Origin: an uncultured Gammaproteobacteria bacterium
GTDB lineage: Bacteria > Patescibacteriota > Microgenomatia > Levybacterales > UBA12049
NCBI GenBank assembly: GCA_964391315.1
Contig: CAYMJR010000002.1
Coordinates: 14,730 to 74,258, forward strand
Direction: 5' to 3'
DNA: 59,529 nt
Shown: positions 9,901-20,220 of the stretch, one piece after another
How positions within the stretch are numbered: the first letter of the stretch is position 1
Layout of the letters: the number at the start of each line of letters is the position of its first letter
Position numbers and translations under genes: made by a program
The notes under the pieces: generated by a model
Told to the model about the DNA's origin: nothing
Database searches by the model: none
The model's input: the letters and a program-made list of their open reading frames with translations, nothing else

Positions 9901-10898
9901 TGAAGCAGAAAACTGTTTTATCCATCATTACTCCTACGTTAAATGCTGAAAAATATTTACCCTTTTTTTTTGACTCTCTCCTAAAACAGACATATCCACG
10001 AAATAAAATTGAATTTGTTGTTGCTGATGGCGGTTCGTCGGACAATACAATTAAAATTGCAAAAAAATATGGGGCAAAAGTAGTTAAAAATTCTTACGTT
10101 CAGGCACAACCTGGTGTTTTTGTAGGAATGCAACATGCTGCGAGTGATCTTCTGATGGTGTTATCCGGGGATAATATTTTTAAAGACAATAACGCAATAG
10201 AAAAAATTGTTAAGGTATTTTCCGATAAACAAATTTATGCAGCTTTTCCCAAACATGATAGTAGTACTGATGATTCGTTATATAGTAAATATTTTAATAC
10301 GTTTACTGATCCCTTTAACCACTTCGTTTATGGTGATGCTTCAAATGCCCGTACGTTCCATAAAGCATATAAAACGATCAAACATACCAAATTGTATGAT
10401 ATTTATGACTTTTCATCCAATCCTGTAAGGCCTATACTTGGATTAACACAAGGGTTTACGGTTCGATCAAGTTTCTTAAAGGATTGGAAAGATATTTATG
10501 ATGATTTTGCTCCAATTTACGACCTTATCAGAGCAAAAAGAAAAATAGCATATCTTTTCGATGTAAAACTTTATCATCATACAGTACAGGATATTGAACA
10601 TTTTTTTAGAAAACAGAGATGGGCAGCAAAAAATGCAATTGAAAAAAAAGGTTATGGGATTAGCATAAGGAAAAATTTGCTAACTGTGTCCCAAAGGATA
10701 AAAATGTATTTATTTCCATTTTATGCATATAGCATCATTATCCCGATAGGACGGGCATTTTATAATTTTATTTTGAGTAGAGAAAAGATGTGGCTGTTTC
10801 ATCCCATCATAACATGTGTATCGGCTACAGCCATTGCTTATGAATTTATTCGTCTTAAAGTTGGTTTCAGTAATGATGTATCAAGATTGCAGAAATAA
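9900..10898 (+). CDS. GT2 glycosyltransferase
   Basis: IITPTLN, QTYP, VADGGSSDNT, two C-terminal hydrophobic segments. GTG at 9900 overlaps the upstream TAG, with GGAGG 8 nt upstream. Confidence 0.85.
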   Translation: MKQKTVLSIITPTLNAEKYLPFFFDSLLKQTYPRNKIEFVVADGGSSDNTIKIAKKYGAKVVKNSYVQAQPGVFVGMQHAASDLLMVLSGDNIFKDNNAIEKIVKVFSDKQIYAAFPKHDSSTDDSLYSKYFNTFTDPFNHFVYGDASNARTFHKAYKTIKHTKLYDIYDFSSNPVRPILGLTQGFTVRSSFLKDWKDIYDDFAPIYDLIRAKRKIAYLFDVKLYHHTVQDIEHFFRKQRWAAKNAIEKKGYGISIRKNLLTVSQRIKMYLFPFYAYSIIIPIGRAFYNFILSREKMWLFHPIITCVSATAIAYEFIRLKVGFSNDVSRLQK

Positions 10899-10901
10899 TA
10901 T

Positions 10902-11369
10902 ATGAAAAAAACAAGTATCAATAATCAGAAACAAACGATAAGAGATGTCTACTTAGGCGAAAACGTGAAAATATTTGATTTTGTTAATCTTTATGAATGC
11001 GAGATCGGTGATGAGTCGATGATAGGAGCGTTTGTCGAAATTCAAAAAGGAGCAAAAATTGGTAAAAAATGCAGGATTCAATCGCATTCTTTTATCTGTG
11101 AAAAAGTAACGATAGAAGATGAAGTTTTTGTCGGTCATGGAGTAATATTTATTAATGATAAAAACCCAACGGTTGAAAAAACATTGAAAAAACTGTATAA
11201 CATGGAAAATGTCTTAATTAAAAAAGGCGCGACAATTGGGTCCGGAGCAATTATAATGGCAGGTGTTACTGTTGGATCCAATGCTTTTGTAGGAGCAGGA
11301 GCTGTAGTGACAAAAGATGTGCCTGCAAATACTACAGTAGTTGGAGTTCCGGCAAGAGAAATGCATTAA
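10902..11369 (+). CDS. Hexapeptide-repeat sugar N-acyltransferase (WbpD/WxcM-like)
   Basis: IGAFVEIQKGAKIG, VFVGHGVIFIND, VGAGAVVTKDVP...VGVPA. Confidence 0.85.
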   Translation: MKKTSINNQKQTIRDVYLGENVKIFDFVNLYECEIGDESMIGAFVEIQKGAKIGKKCRIQSHSFICEKVTIEDEVFVGHGVIFINDKNPTVEKTLKKLYNMENVLIKKGATIGSGAIIMAGVTVGSNAFVGAGAVVTKDVPANTTVVGVPAREMH

Positions 11370-11375
11370 GAATAT

Positions 11376-12557
11376 ATGATTAAATTAATTAAATCTACAT
11401 TCTATAAGGAAAAAGAGACAAAAAAACAACTTTCACAGTTTATCTTGGGTGCAGAACAGTTAAGTATTGGAGAACAGTGTCGAAAATTTGAGAAAAGATT
11501 TGCAAAATATCAGGGTAGACAACATTGTGTGTTTGTAAACAGTGGCAGCTCCGCAAATCTTGCGATCGTTCAGTCACTTCTTAACTTAGGCAAAATTAAA
11601 AAAGGAGATAATATCGGTTTTTCCGCAATTACATGGTCAACAAATGTTATGCCTCTCATTCAATTAGGTCTTACAGCTGTGCCAATTGATGTGGAGTTAG
11701 ATACATTGAACGTATCAAGTGAAAAATTGAAAAAAATTTTAAAGAAATATCCTTTAAAAATGCTTTTCCTTACGAATCTTCTCGGTTTCTGTGATGATAT
11801 TGATGAAATAAAAAGGATCTGTGATAAAAATAAAATTATTCTCATTGAAGATAATTGTGAGTCTCTTGGAACAGTTTATAAAGGGAAAAAGTTAGGTAAC
11901 TTTGGACTGGCAAGTACTTTTTCTTTTTATGTAGGTCATCATTTATCAACTATTGAGGGTGGTGCAGTATGTGTCGATAGTCACAATTTAGAGACTATGT
12001 TGCAGATGGTACGCGCACACGGTTGGGATAGAAATTTGACTGAACGAAAGCAGCTTAAAATACGACTAAAACATAATGTTAACTCGTCTTTTTATTCTCG
12101 TTATACATTTTATGATCTGGGCTACAATCTGAGAACGACTGAAATTAATGGATTCATAGGAAATACTCAATTACAATATGCAGATGAAATTGTAAAAAAA
12201 CGAAATGAAAATTTTCTTAAAATAGCTCCCGTAATTTATTCACAAACCGATAAATATTATCCTGTTCGATATGATCATATTGAATTTTTATCTAATTTTG
12301 CTGTTCCTATTATTTGTAAAACGAAAGAAATACGAGATAGTTTGGTTGAGAAATGTAAAAATGTGATTGAAATCCGTCCAATTGTAGGAGGAGATATGGT
12401 CAGTCAGCCATTCTTTCAAAAATATCTACCCGAATTTAAGAAAACATTTGATAACACAAACGCAAAACTTATTCACGAGCAAGGCCTTTATTTCGGCAAC
12501 AACCCAGATTTGACAGAAAAGGAAATAAAAACAATTATCAAAATCTTTACCGATTAG
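11376..12557 (+). CDS. DegT-family PLP enzyme, ColD-like GDP-4-keto-6-deoxymannose 3-dehydratase
   Basis: NSGSSANL, EDNCESLG, FSFYVGHHLSTIEGG (His at the usual Lys position), RAHGW, GYNLR. Confidence 0.75.
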   Translation: MIKLIKSTFYKEKETKKQLSQFILGAEQLSIGEQCRKFEKRFAKYQGRQHCVFVNSGSSANLAIVQSLLNLGKIKKGDNIGFSAITWSTNVMPLIQLGLTAVPIDVELDTLNVSSEKLKKILKKYPLKMLFLTNLLGFCDDIDEIKRICDKNKIILIEDNCESLGTVYKGKKLGNFGLASTFSFYVGHHLSTIEGGAVCVDSHNLETMLQMVRAHGWDRNLTERKQLKIRLKHNVNSSFYSRYTFYDLGYNLRTTEINGFIGNTQLQYADEIVKKRNENFLKIAPVIYSQTDKYYPVRYDHIEFLSNFAVPIICKTKEIRDSLVEKCKNVIEIRPIVGGDMVSQPFFQKYLPEFKKTFDNTNAKLIHEQGLYFGNNPDLTEKEIKTIIKIFTD

Positions 12558-12561
12558 AAAT

Positions 12562-13572
12562 ATGAATAAAAACGCAACAAAAAATACTAATCAAAAAGAG
12601 AATACATTCTGGAAAGGTAAGAAAGTCTTGGTCACAGGGGGAGCAGGATTTATCGGTAGTCATGTGGTGGAAAAACTTGTTGTTCGTGGTGCAAAAGTTA
12701 CTGTTTTGGACACATTGCAGAATGGATCAAAAGATAATTTACAATCTGTTGCAAAGGAGATAACTCTTATCAAAGGAGATTGCACAAATCCGGAAGATGC
12801 GTTGAAAGCTTGTACAGGCCAGGATATTGTGATGAATATTGCTGCTCGTGTGGGTGGCATTGAATATAATCGAACCCATCAAGCAACAATGCTTCGTGAT
12901 AATCTTTTGATTGGAACGGTTATGATAGAAGCAGCACGAAAGGCTAATGTCGAGCGTTTTTTGGATGTTTCCTCGGCCTGTGTTTATCCTCGGGAATGCT
13001 CGGTTCCAACTCCTGAATCGGAAGGATTTATGAGTGAGCCCGAGCCAACAAATGGAGGATATGGATGGGCAAAACGGATGTCTGAGAAATTAGCAGAATA
13101 TTACGCAGAGGAATTTGGAATGAAAGTTGGTATTGTTCGCCCCTATAATTGTTACGGTCCTCGTGACCATTTTGACCCGGCAGTATCTCATGTTATTCCT
13201 GCATTAATAAAACGAGTTTTCGACGGAGAAAATCCTGTGATAGTTTGGGGAGATGGTAATCAGACAAGGGCTTTTCTTTATGTTGATGATATGGCGGAAG
13301 GTATGATTACAGCCATTGAAAACTATCCCACTCCTGATCCTATCAATTTGGGTACTGATGATGAAATTTCAATAAAAGAATTAATTACAAAAATTATTGC
13401 AATAAGCGGTATAAAAACAAAAGTTGAATTTGATACAACTAAGCCGAATGGTAGTCCGCGACGAAACAGTGATAATAAAAAGGCAATCGAACAGACAGGT
13501 TTTGTTGCAAAAACATCATTGGATGATGGTCTGCGCAAAACAATTGACTGGTATCGCAATAACTTCCAATGA
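12562..13572 (+). CDS. GDP-sugar epimerase/reductase (Fcl/ColC/GME-like SDR)
   Basis: TGGAGFIGS, AARVGGI, SSACVYP, EPTNGGYGWAK, SHVIPALI, VWGDG, KPNG. Confidence 0.8.
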   Translation: MNKNATKNTNQKENTFWKGKKVLVTGGAGFIGSHVVEKLVVRGAKVTVLDTLQNGSKDNLQSVAKEITLIKGDCTNPEDALKACTGQDIVMNIAARVGGIEYNRTHQATMLRDNLLIGTVMIEAARKANVERFLDVSSACVYPRECSVPTPESEGFMSEPEPTNGGYGWAKRMSEKLAEYYAEEFGMKVGIVRPYNCYGPRDHFDPAVSHVIPALIKRVFDGENPVIVWGDGNQTRAFLYVDDMAEGMITAIENYPTPDPINLGTDDEISIKELITKIIAISGIKTKVEFDTTKPNGSPRRNSDNKKAIEQTGFVAKTSLDDGLRKTIDWYRNNFQ

Positions 13573-14720
13573 TAAATTTAAAGAACCTCAAAATTGCAAT
13601 TGTAACGCATGTTTACGCAACAGGACCTTCCTTCAGCCTTGAGGAATATCTTATCCCTCGTGTTAATACATTAATTCTCGTCGGACATCCTTTTGCGTAT
13701 ACGAAAGATACTCGTTCATTTTTAAGGGTTTATAAGAAAGGTAAATTAATTTCAGAGAAAAAGTTTATTGCCTGGAGAGGACCAGGAACAATATTTTATA
13801 TAAAAGATGTGTTGCTTACGTTTTGGTGGCTAATGGATGTTAAAAGTCTTGATTATTTTTTTGGTGTTGATAATCTTAATGCTTTTGTTGGAAATATTTT
13901 GAAATCGTTCGGAAAAGTAAAAAAAACCGTCTTTTATACTATTGACTATGTCCCAAATCGTTTTGAGAATAAACTATTAAACAATATCTATCACTTTTTA
14001 GACAGATTAGCTGTTAAAAAAAGTGATTGCGTCTGGAATCTTTCTTCAATCATGACGGCTGAAAGGGAAAAAAGAGGTGTAAGCACGGAATATCGATCAA
14101 AACAAATAGTTGTCCCTGTCGGGACAGAAAATGTACGCCAAGCTATTTCAAAGAAAACGAGAGAATATAATATTGCACACATGGGTCATATCATTAAAAA
14201 ACAAGGCGTACAATTGCTTATTGAAGCGATTCCATATATTGTAAAAAAGGTGCCCAAATTTCATTTAGATATTATTGGAGGAGGAGATTATGAAAATACT
14301 ATTAAAAAAATAGTGAAGAGGTTAAAAGTTTCCAAATATGTTACATTTCATGGATTTATCAAGGAACATTCTGATGTAGAAAAATTATTGGATGAATGCG
14401 AATTGGGGGTTGCTCCATATACGGATACACCAGATAATTATGTTCGATATACAGATCCAGGAAAAGTAAAAGCATATCTGGCAGCAGGCCTTCCTGTTAT
14501 TATTACAAAGGTTCCTGAAATATATAGATATATAGATAAATCTCAATGTGGTATAAGCGTTAATTATAAAAGTCAAGAACTAGCAGATGGTATTTCCTCC
14601 CTTCTTCTTGATAGACAAAAACTTATGTTATATCGAAAGAATGCAATTCTTGTCGCAAAAAGGTTTACTTGGGATAAAATTTTTCAAAAAGCATTTCAGC
14701 AAACAATTTCCCATAAATAA
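13569..14720 (+). CDS. GT4 glycosyltransferase
   Basis: GHIIKKQG, DPGKVKAYLAAGLPVI, FTW. Confidence 0.85.
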   Translation: MINLKNLKIAIVTHVYATGPSFSLEEYLIPRVNTLILVGHPFAYTKDTRSFLRVYKKGKLISEKKFIAWRGPGTIFYIKDVLLTFWWLMDVKSLDYFFGVDNLNAFVGNILKSFGKVKKTVFYTIDYVPNRFENKLLNNIYHFLDRLAVKKSDCVWNLSSIMTAEREKRGVSTEYRSKQIVVPVGTENVRQAISKKTREYNIAHMGHIIKKQGVQLLIEAIPYIVKKVPKFHLDIIGGGDYENTIKKIVKRLKVSKYVTFHGFIKEHSDVEKLLDECELGVAPYTDTPDNYVRYTDPGKVKAYLAAGLPVIITKVPEIYRYIDKSQCGISVNYKSQELADGISSLLLDRQKLMLYRKNAILVAKRFTWDKIFQKAFQQTISHK

Positions 14721-14725
14721 ATCAC

Positions 14726-15751
14726 ATGAATAAACTAATCTCTATAATCATAGTGAATTGGAATGGGGAAAAATGGTTATCAAAGTGCCTTTCCTCTTTA
14801 GCGCAACAAACCTATACACAGTTTGAAATAATTTTTGTTGATAATGGTTCTAAAGATAATTCAGTTGCCTATGTCAAGAAAAATTTCCCACATGTGAAAA
14901 TTATTCTTAATAAAAAGAATTTAGGTTTTGCAGGTGGAAATAATGTTGGATACAAACATGCAAAAGGGGAGTATATTTTATTATTAAATAATGATACGTG
15001 GGTTGAGAAAAATTTTCTAAAAAAAATTATAGGCGCTTTTGACAGAAATCCTCGATTAGGATCAGTACAGCCGAAAATTGTGCTGATGGATGATCCGAAA
15101 AAACTTGATGCTGTAGGGGCATATTGGACAGATTCTTCATTTCTTTATTACTATGGTTTTGGAAAAAATTCTCAAGAAAAAAAGTATAACAAAAAGATGC
15201 CATTTTTTTCCAATAAAGGTGCAGCGATGCTTTTTAAGAAAGAATTGGTAGACAAGATTGGTTTATTTGATGATGATTTTTGGTGTTATTATGAAGAGAC
15301 AGATTTTTGTCATAGAGTATGGCTGGCAGGGTATGAATGTTGGTATTATCCTGATGCCGTTGTACATCATGCAATGGGTGGTACATCACTCCGTTTTGAT
15401 AGTTCTTTCGTTCAATTCCATAACTTTAAAAATAAATTACTTAGTTTTTTGAAGAACTTTGAAGCAAAAAATCTTATTACGATAGTACCAATCTATATAT
15501 TATTAAATATTTTCATCAGTTTTATTTGGTTGTTTCAAGGAAAATACAAACATTTCTTAGCCCTGTACAGATCAATTGGATGGAATATCAGCCATGCGCA
15601 GGAAACTTCGCGCAAGAGAAAAATTGTTCAGTCATTGAGAACGAAATCAGATGATGATATTTTTAAAATGATTAAAGTAAATCCCCGATTGCCTTATTAT
15701 TTATATCTTTTTAAAGGTGAACTTGACAAATTTCCAGACAAAAATAAATAA
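14726..15751 (+). CDS. GT2 glycosyltransferase
   Basis: IIIVNWNG, VDNGSKD, NLGFAGGNN, LLNND, YYEETDFC. Confidence 0.92.
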   Translation: MNKLISIIIVNWNGEKWLSKCLSSLAQQTYTQFEIIFVDNGSKDNSVAYVKKNFPHVKIILNKKNLGFAGGNNVGYKHAKGEYILLLNNDTWVEKNFLKKIIGAFDRNPRLGSVQPKIVLMDDPKKLDAVGAYWTDSSFLYYYGFGKNSQEKKYNKKMPFFSNKGAAMLFKKELVDKIGLFDDDFWCYYEETDFCHRVWLAGYECWYYPDAVVHHAMGGTSLRFDSSFVQFHNFKNKLLSFLKNFEAKNLITIVPIYILLNIFISFIWLFQGKYKHFLALYRSIGWNISHAQETSRKRKIVQSLRTKSDDDIFKMIKVNPRLPYYLYLFKGELDKFPDKNK

Positions 15752-17945
15752 ATTGATTTCATACCGGATTATGCTTCTCTTTCTGGTATGTTTTGTGCTT
15801 TTTTTGATTCCCAATCTATTTTGGGGGAATTTATACCTGGTTGGTGGCGATGATACGAGACTATACTATCTCTTTCCTCATGAATTCTTCAATTTTTCCT
15901 TTAAGATGACATCTGATAATGCATTTGGATTCCTTGGAGGATATTATCCAAAAACGAGTTATACAACATTGTTTTTGTTGATCTCTCTTCTTAAAATGAT
16001 TCCCCATATTAATGTTCAATTTTTATTTTATGGATTAAATTTAAGTTTTGGTTTTTTATCATTTTATGCATTTCTAGGGCTGTGGCTTCCAAATAAAAGT
16101 TCATTTAATTTCTTTGCAAAGATTGTTTCAAGTTTATTTTATATTCTTTCGACGTATCTGCTTAATACATTTTATACAAATCAAATCCTCTCACTCTCTA
16201 TTGTCAGTGCGATGCCAGCAACATTATATTTCTTTTTTAAATCAGTACTAGAGAAAAAAATAGTATATACAGTACTGAGTGTATTAATTATTTCTTTTTT
16301 TACGGTTAAGCTGGAAAGTACTCCCTGGTCGTTTGCTTTACTAATTTGTCTTATCCCGCTTTTCTTTGTTGTTTTTTGGAATAACAAAAAACGTTTTATA
16401 ACACACGGAAGCGTTTTTATTATTTCATTCATATTGTTAAATATGTTTTGGCTCGCCCACTTGTTTTATCCATTGCTACCAGGCAATAAAGCAGATTCAA
16501 ATATCAATTTTTATTCATCTTCGAACGACTCAGCTCTCGCTTATATGATTAAGCAAGGAACCGGAATTTTTGGTGCAACCAACAGTCTTTTTAATGAACG
16601 GAATTCAGCACTTATTCTCCATGTAACACCATTAGTTTTATTAAAGGGAATCTTTATCATTGTTATTGTATTGGCAGGAATATTTTTACAGAAGACAACA
16701 AAAATTGAAAGAAAATATTACTTAGTGTCCCTTGGCTGCTTTCTTCTTGCAGTATTTCTATTTCAACCAAAAATGGGAGGGTGGGGCGATGATGTTTTCC
16801 TTTTTTTCAATGCCCATGTTCCGTTATTTTCGATGTTCCGGAATATGTATGATAAATTCAGTTTTGCATTAGCATTTATGTATGCTTTCGTATTTTATAT
16901 TTCACTTATCATCTTAGTAAAACAGATAAAGAGAAAGGAGCTCATTGCTCTCTTACTCGTAATACCTACAGTTTTAGTTATAGCTAACGCTTCTCAATTT
17001 CTTTTTCCAACATACCAGGATAATAAATTTTCATTCAGGATTTCAGGAGTCCTTAATGATGACTTTAGTAATCTCGTTGACACAATAAAAAATACTCACT
17101 CAACTTCACGGTACCTATGGTTACCATTTAACTATCCCAGTTACATCTATGTCGAGGATAAATATAATAAAAATCATTTCTACTATGGACTTTCTGTTTT
17201 ACCTATGCTTGCCGATACGTCGGATTACGCAGGATATTTAAGTTTTGGTTCTATTGTTGATCCAAACCTTGGAAAACAGATTGTAGATCTTATTGCACAG
17301 AGAAAATATGATGAAGTTGGACACTTGTTTCAAATACTTAATGTAAAGTACATTATTTATAATAAACAAGAAATACCCGATGAAGGGAAAGCTTTTTTGT
17401 ATTCTGCAAATATGCTTGAAATACAAGATAAAAATTTTCGAAATGCAATCCTGGGTGAAAAGATTAAAGATTTTGGTCAGCGATATTCACTCTATACTAT
17501 TAACAAGAAATACGATAACGAGAAAATATATCTTACACAAAAAGATAAAAAAACAACAATAAAGTTCAATAGAAGATCCGATATGGAATATGATGTATGG
17601 ATAGATAATCTTTCCACGAAAAATAAGCTTATATTACAGGATTTATACAACAAAAATTGGGATATTTTCCTAATTGGAGGAGATAAAGCTGTCATTTACA
17701 AAAATAAATCAGGGGTTCCGGCGAATAAGAATTTTGCAAATGCATGGGATATAAGTTCTCAGGAAATTAAAGATAAATTCAGCAAAACATTTTATTCAGA
17801 AAATAAAGATGGTTCTATAAATATTCATATCAAATTGTATTTTGATCAATTACGTATTGTTGCTCCTGCAGACATGATAAGTTTTATTAGTTATATTGGT
17901 TTGGTTGGGTATGTGTTAGTATTGTTTATAAAGCAAAAGATATGA
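15717..17945 (+). CDS. Large polytopic membrane protein, probable GT-C glycosyltransferase
   Basis: TM1 followed by GGDD acidic loop, more than 10 TM helices, MFRN-x-Y-x-K, soluble C-domain and terminal TM. Start uncertain (15717/15753/15771). Confidence 0.6.
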   Translation: MNLTNFQTKINKLISYRIMLLFLVCFVLFLIPNLFWGNLYLVGGDDTRLYYLFPHEFFNFSFKMTSDNAFGFLGGYYPKTSYTTLFLLISLLKMIPHINVQFLFYGLNLSFGFLSFYAFLGLWLPNKSSFNFFAKIVSSLFYILSTYLLNTFYTNQILSLSIVSAMPATLYFFFKSVLEKKIVYTVLSVLIISFFTVKLESTPWSFALLICLIPLFFVVFWNNKKRFITHGSVFIISFILLNMFWLAHLFYPLLPGNKADSNINFYSSSNDSALAYMIKQGTGIFGATNSLFNERNSALILHVTPLVLLKGIFIIVIVLAGIFLQKTTKIERKYYLVSLGCFLLAVFLFQPKMGGWGDDVFLFFNAHVPLFSMFRNMYDKFSFALAFMYAFVFYISLIILVKQIKRKELIALLLVIPTVLVIANASQFLFPTYQDNKFSFRISGVLNDDFSNLVDTIKNTHSTSRYLWLPFNYPSYIYVEDKYNKNHFYYGLSVLPMLADTSDYAGYLSFGSIVDPNLGKQIVDLIAQRKYDEVGHLFQILNVKYIIYNKQEIPDEGKAFLYSANMLEIQDKNFRNAILGEKIKDFGQRYSLYTINKKYDNEKIYLTQKDKKTTIKFNRRSDMEYDVWIDNLSTKNKLILQDLYNKNWDIFLIGGDKAVIYKNKSGVPANKNFANAWDISSQEIKDKFSKTFYSENKDGSINIHIKLYFDQLRIVAPADMISFISYIGLVGYVLVLFIKQKI

Positions 17946-18271
17946 TAAAATACTCAACAGTAATTGTTTTTTTAGCATTAGCTCTGTTAGATATTTTTGG
18001 CGTAGTAAGTATTACTGCATACGTTTCTAGCATAGCATCGGTGCTTATACTTATTTTTATAATTTCTTGTTTCATGCGAATAAATGGAGCAAGTTATTTT
18101 TTTTTGACATTATTTTTATTAAGTATCTCTATGGGCGCTCTTTATTTTAAAGATCAAGTGATAGCGGAAAAATCTGCAGTATGGAGTTATTTATTCATGG
18201 TAGAAGGATTGTCTGTTTCATTTTTTGACTATAACAGCAAGAGCTATACATTTTTTAAAAAAAAGAAATAG
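17942..18271 (+). CDS. Small membrane protein
   Basis: 109 aa, 3-4 TM, ATGA overlap with the upstream gene, AEKSAVW motif. Confidence 0.7.
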   Translation: MIKYSTVIVFLALALLDIFGVVSITAYVSSIASVLILIFIISCFMRINGASYFFLTLFLLSISMGALYFKDQVIAEKSAVWSYLFMVEGLSVSFFDYNSKSYTFFKKKK

Positions 18272-18282
18272 AAGTAATTTAA

Positions 18283-18978
18283 ATGAAGAACTATAAAGAT
18301 TTTTTTTCGAGACATGATGGTAGATATCTCTCTCATGAACGATTGGAAAAAATAGGGAAAATATATCTTTCATATAAAGAAAAGAAAAAGAAATCCCTCA
18401 AGCTTCTTGATATTGGATGCGGGTCTTTGACACAGCTTTATAAATATAAGAAATCTGATGACGTTTATCACTGTATTGATTATTATAAATCGATTGAAGG
18501 AAAATATGATAAATATTTCCAGATGGACTTGAACGAACAACGCATATATAAGAAGATTAAAGCAAAATACGATGTAATTTTCTGCAGTGAGGTTCTTGAA
18601 CATTTGTATAGCCCTGATGATCTTTTGGAAGAAATTAAGCAGTTAATGCATAAAGACAGTATCTTAATTCTTTCAACACCCAACTTAGCATATTATATTA
18701 ATAGAATACTGCTCTTTTTTGGAATCTCTCCGTTATTTTTAGAAAATTCTTCTGAGACGAAATTGGGAAGAAAGTTTAAAAAATTTGGACAAGGTAATCC
18801 TATCGAGGGTCATATTAAAGTTTTTACTTATGGAGCTCTTTTAGATTTGTTTAAAGCAAAGAAATTAAAAGTTACAAAAATTATATCTGTTCCTGTATGG
18901 TATTTACCCTTTGATAGAGTAGTATGCAAATTTTTCCCCTCACTCTCCCCAGATAATATTTATATTCTAAAAAAATAA
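18283..18978 (+). CDS. Class I SAM-dependent methyltransferase
   Basis: LLDIGCG, YDVIFCSEVLEHL, ILSTPN. Confidence 0.88.
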   Translation: MKNYKDFFSRHDGRYLSHERLEKIGKIYLSYKEKKKKSLKLLDIGCGSLTQLYKYKKSDDVYHCIDYYKSIEGKYDKYFQMDLNEQRIYKKIKAKYDVIFCSEVLEHLYSPDDLLEEIKQLMHKDSILILSTPNLAYYINRILLFFGISPLFLENSSETKLGRKFKKFGQGNPIEGHIKVFTYGALLDLFKAKKLKVTKIISVPVWYLPFDRVVCKFFPSLSPDNIYILKK

Positions 18979-19008
18979 TACAGAGTTTGTTTATGGTAAA
19001 TAAAATAT

Positions 19009-20220
19009 ATGAAAAAAATTAAAGAATTGAATATTGCTATTGTACTACCCACAATTATTACCAAAAATGGTACTGCAAAACAGGCGCTTGAATTGGCTAA
19101 AATTTTGAAAAAAAGAGGCCATGATGTGAGCTTTTACACCTATGCATATTTCCCAAAAAGTGCTTTTGAAGAATTTAAAGGATTTACGGTTACACATTGT
19201 GTAGACGTAGAAAAATCTTTCATTTTTCGATTTGTTAAAAATGTCAGTTTACTGGAAAGATATTTTCTTTACATTGCTTTACTTCAAATAAAAAAATTTG
19301 CTTCTTTATTTAGCTATAAACAGATAGATATTATTAACCCGCATGACTGGTTTGGTATTTGGGTTACACATGGTATTAACTCACAGGCACAAATTGTTGC
19401 TAATATCAATGATATTCCTGAACGTATTCACGGATCTTTTTTAGAAAAGATCAAGCTTAAATACGACCGAAAATTTGCAAAGAAGTTAGCGAGTGTGATT
19501 GTTCTTGATAATATGAATCGCAAAAAGGCAATTGCTTGGCTAAACATAGAATCGAATAAAGTAATGGTAGTAAGAAGTGGTATTAATGTTGAGAAATATA
19601 AAACGTTTAATAAATTCATAGATCTGAGAAAAAACTTTGCTATTCCTAAAAAAAGTTTTTTACTAGTTTGTGCAAATTTACTAGCAACAAATAGGAGATA
19701 TGAAGATATTCTAGCAGCAATGGCAAAGCTGAAAAAAACCTCTCCAGAAATTCATTTATTTATTTTATCTAAATTAGATTTTAATGTGGAGTATGCCATC
19801 TACTTAAAGCAAATAATAATTCAACATAATCTTAATCTACGCGTACACTTTATTGATAAATTTTTTTCAGATGAAGAGAGAATGGCATATATTAAAAGCT
19901 GCGACTTACTTATTTTTCCTAATAGTCCGCAAACATGGGGATTAACAGCTTTAGAGGCCATGGCACTAGGAGTTCCGGTGATTGTATCTAACGGATCAGG
20001 CGTGAGTGAGGTTTTAACAAATTCTGAAAATGCTTATATTTATGAACAACGAAATGTAAACGCACTTGCTAAGCAAATACTGACATGCATTCAGCAGGTC
20101 CATAATCTGGAAAAAGTTGCATCTGTAGGAAGAAAATTTGTATTAGAAAATTATTCGTGGAATAACTTTGGAAATAATATAGAAAAGATTATGCTTCAGG
20201 CTATAAATAAGCACGAGTAA
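19009..20220 (+). CDS. GT4 glycosyltransferase
   Basis: RGHDV, SGIN, QTWGLTALEAMALGVPVI, YSW. Confidence 0.88.
   Translation: MKKIKELNIAIVLPTIITKNGTAKQALELAKILKKRGHDVSFYTYAYFPKSAFEEFKGFTVTHCVDVEKSFIFRFVKNVSLLERYFLYIALLQIKKFASLFSYKQIDIINPHDWFGIWVTHGINSQAQIVANINDIPERIHGSFLEKIKLKYDRKFAKKLASVIVLDNMNRKKAIAWLNIESNKVMVVRSGINVEKYKTFNKFIDLRKNFAIPKKSFLLVCANLLATNRRYEDILAAMAKLKKTSPEIHLFILSKLDFNVEYAIYLKQIIIQHNLNLRVHFIDKFFSDEERMAYIKSCDLLIFPNSPQTWGLTALEAMALGVPVIVSNGSGVSEVLTNSENAYIYEQRNVNALAKQILTCIQQVHNLEKVASVGRKFVLENYSWNNFGNNIEKIMLQAINKHE

Noticed and set aside
5340-18105. Poly-T runs of 9 nt (5340-5348, 9963-9971, 18097-18105) as phase-variation tracts
   Set aside because: Expected in AT-rich DNA encoding Phe-rich segments; all frames are intact.
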